Of a DNA stretch of 64,000 nt, positions 19,981 through 28,978 are shown piece after piece. Position numbers and translations under genes: made by a program. The first letter of the stretch is position 1. Each line of letters begins with the position of its first letter. Under the pieces are notes generated by a model. That model did no database searches. It saw nothing but the letters and a program-made list of their open reading frames with translations, and was not told where the DNA came from. Where the stretch lies: NCBI GenBank assembly GCA_048938385.1, contig JBHLMG010000006.1, positions 32,001-96,000 on the forward strand, given 5' to 3'. The DNA comes from Promethearchaeota archaeon (GTDB lineage: Archaea > Asgardarchaeota > Hermodarchaeia > Hermodarchaeales > Hermodarchaeaceae).

Positions 19981-20717
19981 GATTGCTCCTCCTCTTGGCC
20001 AAGATCAGTCCCGTAAACTGAAGTGTCGGTATGAAGTTTTCCATATTGGAGGACAAGAATGCGGTCTGCAGCACTAGCAACTTCAGGATCATGAGTAGCA
20101 ACTACAAGCGCCTTGTTATGATTGTGAGCGAGTTCTTGGAATAACCGAATAATTTCCACTCCAGTCGTCGTATCTAAGTTACCAGTGGGTTCATCTGCAA
20201 GGAGAATAACAGGCTCATTGGCTAATGCGCGTGCAAGAGCGACCCGTTGCATCTGTCCCCCAGACATTTCGTTGGGATATTGTTCTGCTGAGTCTCGCAT
20301 CCCAACCATGTCAAGAAGATCGAGGGCATGTTGAATACGCTCCTCCTTCGAGATATTGGCAAAAATCATCGGTACTTCAACATTTTCTCGAGCGTTCATA
20401 ATATCTAGAAGATAAAATCCTTGAAACACGATGCCGATTTTATCTCGACGAAGAAGCGAAAGCTCAGTGTCGCTAAGCCCATTTAGGGATGTATTGTCGA
20501 TTGATATTTCGCCTTCTGAAGGCTTATCAAGCAAGGCAAGGAGATTGATGAGAGTAGTTTTCCCACTCCCACTAGCTCCCACAATCGCTACAAACTCACC
20601 TTGCCTAACTGTGAAATCAAGCCCTTTTAGCACCTCGACTCTTAGTTCGCCCTCCTCATAGGTTTTGAATACATTTTTGCAATCAATAACAATGCGGTTG
20701 GAAGACAATCTCTGCAC
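19977..20717 (-). CDS. LolD/MacB-type ABC ATPase
   Basis: GASGSGKTT, MSGGQMQR, LADEPTGNLD, ATHD; 4-bp overlap with the permease start. Confidence 0.92.
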   Translation of the reverse strand: MQRLSSNRIVIDCKNVFKTYEEGELRVEVLKGLDFTVRQGEFVAIVGASGSGKTTLINLLALLDKPSEGEISIDNTSLNGLSDTELSLLRRDKIGIVFQGFYLLDIMNARENVEVPMIFANISKEERIQHALDLLDMVGMRDSAEQYPNEMSGGQMQRVALARALANEPVILLADEPTGNLDTTTGVEIIRLFQELAHNHNKALVVATHDPEVASAADRILVLQYGKLHTDTSVYGTDLGQEEEQS

Positions 20718-20915
20718 CTTGGTCTACATGATCGGCGGAACCTGTGGATAGCTGAAGCTGCATCTTTAATCTCAGCTTTAAGTGGCTGGCATGTACAAAA
20801 TTCTACTTTAGAAGTTATCGGTTCTGGCAGCAATTATTTTTGTAAGCGGTAACCATGTCCTCAGATTTTAAAATGAAAGGGTCATGTTATGTGCAAGGAT
20901 GCAAGCATGGTACAA

Positions 20916-21856
20916 CTAAAGTTTTGGGAGCACTTTTTTGCCAAGAATTTGCATCTGCTCAACTTCTTTGTTGTGCGGGAACATGAAAATCACATCAGAG
21001 ACGCCAAGATTTTGGAATTGCCGAAGCCGTCTAAGCATCTGAGCCGTTGTCCCCCAAAGCGCTTGATCAACTCGAGCACGATATTCTTCAGGTGCGATTT
21101 TCCGTTCTTTTGCACCTTCGATTATTGCAGTCTCCCTTTCTTGTTTTGATTTAAAGTGATTGGTCCACAAGCCCACTGAGATTCGGACATCATTCACATC
21201 CCGTCCATATTTTGTACAAAGGTCTGATAGGCGTTGTAATCTGGGCTGTAATGTCTCAGGTGTACTCATCCAAGCAATGTTGATTCCATTTCCATATTGT
21301 GCCGTTACGCGCAGCATCAGTTCTTTGCCCTGTTGTGCCCCAATCCAAATAGGCATGGACGCTGCAATGGTTTGGGATAGGAAATAACATCATTAACTTG
21401 GTAGTATTTTCCTTGGTAGGTGAATCGCTCGTTGGCCCAAATGCCCCGAATTATTTGCACCGCATCTGCTAACTGGTTAATCCGTGTTTTAGCATCGGGA
21501 AACGGATAACCGTAGGCATTGTATTCAATTTCTTTCCATCCAGCACCAATCCCAAATTCCAAACGCCCTTTTGATAACACATCTAAGGTTGCAGCCATTT
21601 TTGCAGTTAATGCAGGATTTCGATAACTCTGACAAAATACCATACTACCGACACGAATAGTAGGATTCTGTTGAGTTAATGCCACCATTAGCAACCAAGG
21701 ATCTAAAAGAACCCGATCTGTGGCGTTCTTATCCAGCATAAAATGATCGCTAAACCAAAGAGTTGAATACCCATATTTTAAAGCCATGTCAGCGATGTAG
21801 GTGATGTCTTCAAAATTATAACCAAATTGAGGTTCTATTTGAACACCAAAATTCAT
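20916..21856 (-). pseudogene. LLM-class (probably F420-dependent) oxidoreductase split by a 1-bp frameshift near 21357
   Basis: The N-half (WFSDHF, RNPA..AKMAATLD..S.GR..FGIGAGW, PKPLQRP) continues in another frame as MPIWIG. May be a sequencing error. Confidence 0.8.
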
Positions 21857-21970
21857 TCTTACTCACCATCCTCGTGGAGCGTCCAACTAGTCTCTCATTG
21901 GGGGGAGCTTAAATAACATTAACTCGCTAACCCAGCGAGTAGAGATAAAGGACATGGAGTTACAAAAATC

Positions 21971-23017
21971 ATGCCCGTCAAACTAGCGGAGATCGTTTCA
22001 GAGGTTAAAGATTATTGGGGATTACGTCGAAAACAGCCAATCGGCAACCTAGTCAAGGTGTTACGAAGAGAGGGATTCAAGTGCCCCCATGTTTTATCTT
22101 CAATTGGTGAGGATTCCGCAGCAATTGATCTGGGCGGGGACAATCTCATTCTCTTGTCAACAGACGCTGTCATTCCCGAGCTAGCGCAAGCTAAACCCTA
22201 TATCGCTGGTTACGCAGCTATTTTGGTCAATGTCAACGACATTTATGCTGCTGGTGGTCGTCCGATTGTAGCTATGGTCAATATTGCCTTTACAGACCTT
22301 GAAGTGGGAGTTCAGATGATGGAGGGAATTTGCGAAGCGGGCCAGAAGTTTCGTGTTGAGGTAGTGCGGGGACATACCACACCAAACGCACCAATGAATA
22401 GCGTGAGCGCCTCGATTTGCGGGACGGTACCCCGTGATAATTATGTCAGCGCAGGCGGTGCTCGAGAAGGAGATCACCTAGTTCTTGCCATTGATCTGCA
22501 GGGCCGTGTATCACCCAACTATGAGTATGGATGGGATACCACAGCCCTCAAACAATCTGCAGAGATACTGACACGGTATGAAGCCATGCGCGTTCTATCA
22601 GACAAGAATCTTCTGAACGCGTCTAAGGATTTGAGTAATGGTGGTATCATTGGAACGATTCTCCTAATGCTAGAGTATGCTCAAAAGGGTGCAGAGATTG
22701 ATCTCGAAGCAATCCCGATTCCTAAAGGGTTGGATCTCCGCACATGGTTGAAGATGTACATTTCTACAGGATTCGTCATAGCTACGTCACAGGAGCGAGT
22801 CAACCAAGTGATTTCGATTTTTGCTGAACATAAGCTCCATGCTGCAAAAATCGGAAATGTGAATGACAGTCAGAAACTAGTTTTAACTTTTGACAAGGAT
22901 TCGATGACCATCTTTGATTTTCGTAAAGAAACCATTGTTGCACCCCCTCCTCCACCTCAGCTCAATCGAGTCTCCGCACTTGAGGAAGATCAACCCACGA
23001 GGAAAAAGAGAGCCTAG
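21971..23017 (+). CDS. AIR synthase-related (PurM-like; sll0787/methanogenesis marker 2 type) protein
   Basis: GEDSAAI, LVNVNDIYAAGGRP, GHT, KDLSNGGIIG motifs. Confidence 0.8.
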   Translation: MPVKLAEIVSEVKDYWGLRRKQPIGNLVKVLRREGFKCPHVLSSIGEDSAAIDLGGDNLILLSTDAVIPELAQAKPYIAGYAAILVNVNDIYAAGGRPIVAMVNIAFTDLEVGVQMMEGICEAGQKFRVEVVRGHTTPNAPMNSVSASICGTVPRDNYVSAGGAREGDHLVLAIDLQGRVSPNYEYGWDTTALKQSAEILTRYEAMRVLSDKNLLNASKDLSNGGIIGTILLMLEYAQKGAEIDLEAIPIPKGLDLRTWLKMYISTGFVIATSQERVNQVISIFAEHKLHAAKIGNVNDSQKLVLTFDKDSMTIFDFRKETIVAPPPPPQLNRVSALEEDQPTRKKRA

Positions 23018-23073
23018 CCATAAATAGGAGTATGTGGTAAACATTTGTATGAACACACCTTCTGGTGATTAAG

Positions 23074-23667
23074 ATGGCAAATGAGGAAAAAGACTGGAAT
23101 GCTGAAGCTTCGAAAGTAACCAAGACCGTTCAAGATTTTGTAGAAGAGCTCGCAACGGCTGTTATGGAAGAGAGGCAACTTAGAGAGACTGCAGAAGCGC
23201 GGATAGAGGAACTCATGAAGGAGTTAGAGAGCAATAAATCCAAAGCCGAGCGGTTGCAGCGGACCGTCAATGAATTGAAAGTCTCTGCTGACGAGGGATC
23301 TAAACTCCAGACCGAAAATGAAGCCCTCCAATCTGAACTTAATGCCATCAAGACTCAGCTCGAGAAGATGTCGACTACTTACAAAGAATTAATTGCTGAA
23401 CAAGAAGCTACTATCCCTGTACAAGAGCTTCTGGCGTTATACATTGCTTTGCTCGAAGAAGTGTTCTTTGCTCAACCTCATGCCAAGACGCTCTTTCTGT
23501 TGCATGGCCGAAAGAAGCAAATGACCCGTGATGAAATTATTAAGACCGCAGGTCACGAAGCCACGGCAATTCGTAAAGCCTTAGGAGATTTATCCCGAGC
23601 TAACCTCATCGATTATGATGTTGAAAAGGGAAACGCTCAATTGAAGAAGCGCCTCTATCCAACCTAG
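23074..23667 (+). CDS. coiled-coil protein with C-terminal winged helix-turn-helix
   Basis: Heptad-rich N-half; C-terminal MTRDEII...AIRKALGDLSRANLIDYD. GGTGA RBS before ATG 23074. Confidence 0.7.
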   Translation: MANEEKDWNAEASKVTKTVQDFVEELATAVMEERQLRETAEARIEELMKELESNKSKAERLQRTVNELKVSADEGSKLQTENEALQSELNAIKTQLEKMSTTYKELIAEQEATIPVQELLALYIALLEEVFFAQPHAKTLFLLHGRKKQMTRDEIIKTAGHEATAIRKALGDLSRANLIDYDVEKGNAQLKKRLYPT

Positions 23668-24674
23668 ACTTTCAAATCGGTTAGCAATTGATTGAAGCGT
23701 GGAAGAGAATGAAGATTAGCGGTTAACGAGCACAAATACCGGCTGAGCTCAGCATTAATTATTCGTTCCAAATCAGAAAGGGTTTTACTGTCAGCTGCAC
23801 GGTCAACTAGTTCACTAGCGCTACGATAGATTACTCCGACTACACGTTTTTCAATAGTAGGCGGTCCCCAATCAAAGGATCGCAGAATCCGTTTAGCCTC
23901 GTTAAGACTCAATTTCACGGAATTCGCTCTGATGGCGTTAGCAAGTTGTTCGTAAAATTCCCCTGAAATGGTGACGATTTTAGTGCTTTCACGACTAGTC
24001 AGTTCTGTCCCCATTGTTCCTCTTCGGAGGAGTTCTTGCATCAGTCCAGCACAAGGCGCCTCAGCGAGGAAGCGACGGATTAAATCAAAGAATACCTGAC
24101 TGGCAATCTGAGTGACCTTTGCGATGACTTCACTGGGTTCACTGTACCGGAAGAGTTCACGACACGCTTCAAACCAGTAGTTTGGAAGAAGGATGTGGCT
24201 TCGACTAGAATATTTATCCAGCAGTTGCTGGATAGGAGGCAGGAGCTTATTGGGATCGTTGATGGAAAGGCGTCGCTGAAATGGTTTGCCGGTTAGTTCA
24301 GCAAGGTCTTGAGTCGCCTCGATCACTAATCGCTGTGCCGCAGCGATGGGTTCTCTAACATCAGTTGTTGATACTTTGGCTTTTCGCGAGGTTGCGAGCG
24401 AATCCAAGGCAGTTTCAATTCGACCAAGGTGAGTGAGAATAACTTTGATGGTATCATCCACGAAGGATGAGCCTGAGGTTGTGTTATCGTTTCTGGTATT
24501 TCCCAGTGCTTGTTTCACTGAATCATGAACAGCGCGAACACCGTTAGCGAGTTGATTAATTTGTCTAGGGCTTAAGTCACCTTCAGCCTCTAAGGTTATC
24601 AGGGCGTGAATGAGCGTGGAGTTTACTGTGGTAAGAATGAGAATGCGTTCCAGTAATTCTTCAGCTGTTATCAT
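23664..24674 (-). CDS. hypothetical alpha-helical protein (gene 3 of the tubulin-like operon)
   Basis: 336-aa ORF with GGAG RBS, 26 bp downstream of the GTPase gene; no recognised motif. Confidence 0.75.
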   Translation of the reverse strand: MITAEELLERILILTTVNSTLIHALITLEAEGDLSPRQINQLANGVRAVHDSVKQALGNTRNDNTTSGSSFVDDTIKVILTHLGRIETALDSLATSRKAKVSTTDVREPIAAAQRLVIEATQDLAELTGKPFQRRLSINDPNKLLPPIQQLLDKYSSRSHILLPNYWFEACRELFRYSEPSEVIAKVTQIASQVFFDLIRRFLAEAPCAGLMQELLRRGTMGTELTSRESTKIVTISGEFYEQLANAIRANSVKLSLNEAKRILRSFDWGPPTIEKRVVGVIYRSASELVDRAADSKTLSDLERIINAELSRYLCSLTANLHSLPRFNQLLTDLKV

Positions 24675-24700
24675 CCTATCTCCGCTCCACGCATTTGGAG

Positions 24701-26050
24701 CTACTTAAGTTCGAGATTGAAAAGCTCAGCTACATCACGAATAGCAGCCCGTAAGACTTCTTCAGTGACACCTTTTGATTTCTTGAACCACCCGCGACGA
24801 AGAGGCGAGGGGCCTGCGTGTAAATCGACAAGTTCAGTAGCAGAGTTAATTAGGTCTTCAATTTCAGGGAGTTGGGGTAGACCAAGGAGTAATAGCAAAT
24901 CAGAGGGGTGTGATTCATCCTCGAAGGAGACAAAGCAGGGAGTGATCGCGGCACCCTTTGCAGTGTATTTTCTTAGGGCTTCTTTGATATGCGGGTCGTA
25001 TTCTGCTCGGGCAAATTCACGATTTCCAGAGAAGTTATAATAGGTAGAAGAGGCGTTTGGTTCGTTTCCGATTTCAGCGAAGCTACAGTGCTCAACGGCG
25101 TATTTGACCATTGTTTTAAGCTGGGTAGGGATGTTTCCAGCTGAGGGAATAATACTGACATCGGTGTATAGACAGGGAACGACGATAGGGTCAAGTTTAC
25201 GAGCATAGTCGGCGATGTCGGTGGTGGGAAATACTTCCTTGCCTGGTTCATTGACACCTGGACTGAGCATGTGTTCGACAAACCGCAGAGCAAGAGGATT
25301 AACGAGTTCAACGAAAGCCGATTCTTGTGCTCTAGAAACCTCATTGGCCCCATCAACGGTGGAGGGAACCATTCCTTCGATATCTGTGACTTTCGCCACA
25401 TCGATCGAGAGTTGTCGTTGGAGGAAGTCAGCAACTTCGCCCTCACGCCATGCGAGGATTCGGCGCAACATAGCCCGGTTGCTCAAAAGGCAGACCAGAT
25501 CTGCACCGCGGTCTTCAAGTTGGCCACGGAGAAGCTTGGATAAGGACCACATAGTGTTGAGAGCTTCAGAGGTTTGGTCTTTGAAAGGCAACACGGTAAA
25601 AACATAGACGAAGATTCGGCGACCTTCTTCTTCTTGGAACCGTTCTTTGAGAATCTCAATAAGGGCAGGTGAACCACCACATCCTGTTCCACCACCTGAT
25701 GAGGTGAAGATGACAAATCCAGAGACGCCTTCAAAACCAAGTTGAGTAAGTTGGCCCATTATGACATCTTTAAAGTCGTGAACATAGTTGTACCCGTCAG
25801 TGAAGTTGCCTCCACAGCCAATGTCTGAGGCACCATAAAGTAGGGTATTTTCTTTGGGAATGTCATATTTTTGACGGAGTTTCTGGATGTCCGAACGGTC
25901 GGTATTCATACAGAGGTATCCTCGGATGCGTGGGGGTAACATGCGTTCCCGTGCCTGTTTTAAGTAAGCGCCCACAAGATTACTTCCGCATTCCCCAATG
26001 CCGATTGCGAAGACTTCCGCGACTCGTGGTGCTTCATCGGATGTTTCCAT
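24701..26050 (-). CDS. divergent tubulin/FtsZ-superfamily GTPase
   Basis: T1 GIGECGSN, T2 NTD, T3 GCGGNFTDG, signature SSGGGTGCG, T7-like TTDIADY. Confidence 0.9.
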   Translation of the reverse strand: METSDEAPRVAEVFAIGIGECGSNLVGAYLKQARERMLPPRIRGYLCMNTDRSDIQKLRQKYDIPKENTLLYGASDIGCGGNFTDGYNYVHDFKDVIMGQLTQLGFEGVSGFVIFTSSGGGTGCGGSPALIEILKERFQEEEGRRIFVYVFTVLPFKDQTSEALNTMWSLSKLLRGQLEDRGADLVCLLSNRAMLRRILAWREGEVADFLQRQLSIDVAKVTDIEGMVPSTVDGANEVSRAQESAFVELVNPLALRFVEHMLSPGVNEPGKEVFPTTDIADYARKLDPIVVPCLYTDVSIIPSAGNIPTQLKTMVKYAVEHCSFAEIGNEPNASSTYYNFSGNREFARAEYDPHIKEALRKYTAKGAAITPCFVSFEDESHPSDLLLLLGLPQLPEIEDLINSATELVDLHAGPSPLRRGWFKKSKGVTEEVLRAAIRDVAELFNLELK

Positions 26051-26079
26051 GGTTTCTCATTCCTTTTTTTCATTGGCTC

Positions 26080-28809
26080 CTATTTTTTCTTAGTCGTTTT
26101 TTTGGCTGTTTGCTGGGTTGTTTGTTCTCCTTTCTTATCAGCCATTACAGCGGCTAATTCACGAGCAGCCCATGAAAGATAGCTGGCAGTATCCTCACTG
26201 GTATAGGTTTCACGAATGCGTTTCTCAATTTCATTAAGTTGTCGATTTCGTTCAGCTTTTGGTGCTGCGGGGTTGTAATCTGCAAGGAAAATTCGTAAAG
26301 CTTTATGCCATTCATCTAGCTGCTTGATCCGATCCAGCCATTGATCCTCAAGGCTCCGAATGGTGGTGAAGATGTCTATCGCTTCTGGAAGGGAGTCTAT
26401 GCTTTCTAGTTTCTCACGCATGTTCTGCAGAGTCTCTAGGGGGAATATCATTTGGCTGAATTCACGGGGTCGAGCATCATAGACCCGTTTAATAGTCGAG
26501 TAATATTCGGTGGTGTTTTCTAGTAATTGTTCAAATGCTGAGGCCGTCTTTGCCTCCATGTTGCGAAGAATGTCCAAAACGCTGTTTTGTGCTTCAATTA
26601 AAGCCATGCTTATTTCCAAGACTTCTGTGACTTGTTCTGCAGCTAACGCATCTTGAACTCGGGCTAGAAGTGTCTTTAGTTTAACAACAATTTCTGCTTG
26701 ACCATGTCGTTCGAGGAGATCGGTAACAGAGTTGAGGTTGCCCCAAACCTCGTTGGCTTTCATTCGGATATCCTTGAGTAACTTCGGTTCGGTAAGTAAC
26801 TCCCGTAATTCATCAAACCGGTCAGGGAGCTCTTCGATATTTGCAGGGAGTTTCTCTTGGAGCTTGACTGATTTTTTCACATAACTATCAGTTTTGATAC
26901 CCAGGGTGGTAGAGACATTGGTCAGTTCAGAATATGCCTTGATTTGTTCATTGAGAGTTTGGTTGAAGTATCCAACAATCCGTTTTTCGAAGAGCTCGAC
27001 AATATGATGCGCCTTACGGATGGCTTCCTCGTATGTTTCGCTTGCAGGGACAACGCCTGTTAGCTCCTGAATAGCGGCTTGCACTTCTGAGGGGATAGTT
27101 AAGTTCATGCCTAATAATTTGGAGACAGCAAGGCGGAGTTTCAAATCTAACCGGTATTTGAGGTTCTCAATGGCATCTTGGGCTTTATAGAGGGCATCAC
27201 CTTGGGCTTCTCGCGCAACCGCTTCGATTTCTTCAAAACTCGTACTGTTTCGGATTTGACCAATTGCACTTTCCAAGAACTCTTCCATGGTTTTGAAGGA
27301 TTCCCGATAAGTGGGTTTAATGACTTGAATCTCAGCTAATAGGGCATTAAGTTCGCGTTCCCAAGCTTTTCGGAAGAGATCAATGCGGTTTTCAGCGTGT
27401 TTTTGAAGTCGTGCATAAGCTTCGACGAGTTCAGGAAAGGCGATATCAGTACTTCGAACGGGGGCAGGTGCGGCGCCCATGGTTGTTTTATCTAATATTG
27501 TGGTAGCTGTTTCTGAGATGCGGGTAAGGAGAGCTTCCTGCTCGCGAATTTCAGCTAATAACTTACCGTGTTCATCAATAATCTGAGCAGCCACTTCAGA
27601 ATATATTTTCACAAGGCTATTGAGGTCGGCTTTTTGGAGTTTTTTAGAGCTTCGTGCTACAAAGCCATCAAGTTCGTCAGTGTTTGGAAGAACCTTGCGT
27701 TTTACTGCTCGTGTTAACTCATCGATAATTCGCATAGTTTCACTACGAATTGCAGTTTCCACATTGGTGTTGTAGGCTTGTAAGCGTTCATAACTTGCAA
27801 TGAGGGTTGCTAAATCAGCATCTTTAGGAACTTCTGGTGGAGGTGGCGGCAAAAAACTGGCTTCTTTCGAGATATTGGCGGTTGCTAGGGTACGGTTGAG
27901 CGTGTGAGCGAATTCGAGTAATTGGCGTCGTACCTCACTTGAGGCTTTTAGGATTTGACCGTCATATTGCTGGACTAAGCCAAGTAACGTCGTTAGGTTG
28001 GCTTCGTCTTCCAGTTGTTTAAAGATAGCATCTAACGAGGTGGAAATTGCCATTGGTACATTCAGATTGAGGCCGCGTGCTGTTTCTAAAAGGGCAAGTG
28101 AGGATTCGATACTGCTTTGGAGTTTTGCTCGAAGCGTGTCGACAACTTCGCCTCGTCGACTGGTCAGATATTCATGTTCCTTACGGAGTGTTTTACGAAT
28201 TTCGAAAAGGTCCGGAATTGTATTAAAATCTACAACATCGCGTTCAGCACTAATTGACACATCACTAGTGTCAATACCCACGAAGCGATCATATGTTTTG
28301 ATTAACGCTTTATTACGCTCAAGCATGTCATTGGCTTGCTTAAGGAGCGCTTCACGAAGTTGTTTAGAAATTCCTTCGAGGTTTGATACAAACCGGGATA
28401 TTACCGGTAAAACTACAGTAAATCCGCCTTGGGTTGAAGGGAAGGATAGCCGGTTTAAATCGCGACCTAGCTTGAGGTCAAAGGTCATGATAGTTCCCTT
28501 CAAGTCTTCAAGTTCTGTCATGTAAGTGCGCAATAGTTCGATGTGAAGACGCAAGGCTCGTTGTAAATTATCTTGAATTTTAGGGATCCCAACTTCAATT
28601 TGTTTGGCTAGTCGTCGCTTCTTCAGGCCTAACGAAAAACTGGTTTTAGCGTCCCGATCAAACCCTTCTAGTGCTAAAAGTTCCCGTCCTACATCTTCCA
28701 TAGCCGTTTCTGCTTCCGAAGGCAAAACGCCCATGATAGTTCGACATTTTACGCTAATATCTTTGAGTGTTGAATAGGATTTACGCAGCTCTGCTATCGA
28801 TGTAGTCAC
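26080..28809 (-). CDS. 909-aa all-helical repeat/rod protein (gene 1 of the tubulin-like operon)
   Basis: Amphipathic helices throughout, Pro-rich linkers, basic C-tail, no TM segment or NTPase motif. GTG start after GGGGG. Confidence 0.8.
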   Translation of the reverse strand: MTTSIAELRKSYSTLKDISVKCRTIMGVLPSEAETAMEDVGRELLALEGFDRDAKTSFSLGLKKRRLAKQIEVGIPKIQDNLQRALRLHIELLRTYMTELEDLKGTIMTFDLKLGRDLNRLSFPSTQGGFTVVLPVISRFVSNLEGISKQLREALLKQANDMLERNKALIKTYDRFVGIDTSDVSISAERDVVDFNTIPDLFEIRKTLRKEHEYLTSRRGEVVDTLRAKLQSSIESSLALLETARGLNLNVPMAISTSLDAIFKQLEDEANLTTLLGLVQQYDGQILKASSEVRRQLLEFAHTLNRTLATANISKEASFLPPPPPEVPKDADLATLIASYERLQAYNTNVETAIRSETMRIIDELTRAVKRKVLPNTDELDGFVARSSKKLQKADLNSLVKIYSEVAAQIIDEHGKLLAEIREQEALLTRISETATTILDKTTMGAAPAPVRSTDIAFPELVEAYARLQKHAENRIDLFRKAWERELNALLAEIQVIKPTYRESFKTMEEFLESAIGQIRNSTSFEEIEAVAREAQGDALYKAQDAIENLKYRLDLKLRLAVSKLLGMNLTIPSEVQAAIQELTGVVPASETYEEAIRKAHHIVELFEKRIVGYFNQTLNEQIKAYSELTNVSTTLGIKTDSYVKKSVKLQEKLPANIEELPDRFDELRELLTEPKLLKDIRMKANEVWGNLNSVTDLLERHGQAEIVVKLKTLLARVQDALAAEQVTEVLEISMALIEAQNSVLDILRNMEAKTASAFEQLLENTTEYYSTIKRVYDARPREFSQMIFPLETLQNMREKLESIDSLPEAIDIFTTIRSLEDQWLDRIKQLDEWHKALRIFLADYNPAAPKAERNRQLNEIEKRIRETYTSEDTASYLSWAARELAAVMADKKGEQTTQQTAKKTTKKK

Positions 28810-28978
28810 TTTTCAGCCCCCAGGGTAAGTGGCTTACACTCACTTCTTTAACCATTGGGAAGTGTATTCTTAACTCTTTTGAGCGGACACAGATTTCTAT
28901 TACAAGAACTAAATTAAAGTCAAAGCCCCTATTTCTCAACCTTCACCAATAATACCAAATAAAGATGGGACAACGGTT

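Noticed and set aside
21971-23017. Evidence for methanogenesis from the marker-2-like protein
   Set aside because: AIR-synthase-related homologues occur in non-methanogens and no mcr/mtr genes are in the window.
24701-26050. Calling the GTPase ftsZ, cetZ or a bona fide alpha/beta tubulin
   Set aside because: The motifs are a mosaic and cannot be assigned without phylogeny, so no symbol is given.
27998-28525. Long antisense and alternate-frame ORFs (for example 27998..28525, 50133..50717, 24973..25446, 8920..9375)
   Set aside because: They are shadows of well-supported genes, with Ser/Arg-rich composition and no motifs.
26080-28809. SMC/Rad50 or dynamin-like identity for the 909-aa protein
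   Set aside because: No Walker A/B, ABC signature or GTPase motifs.
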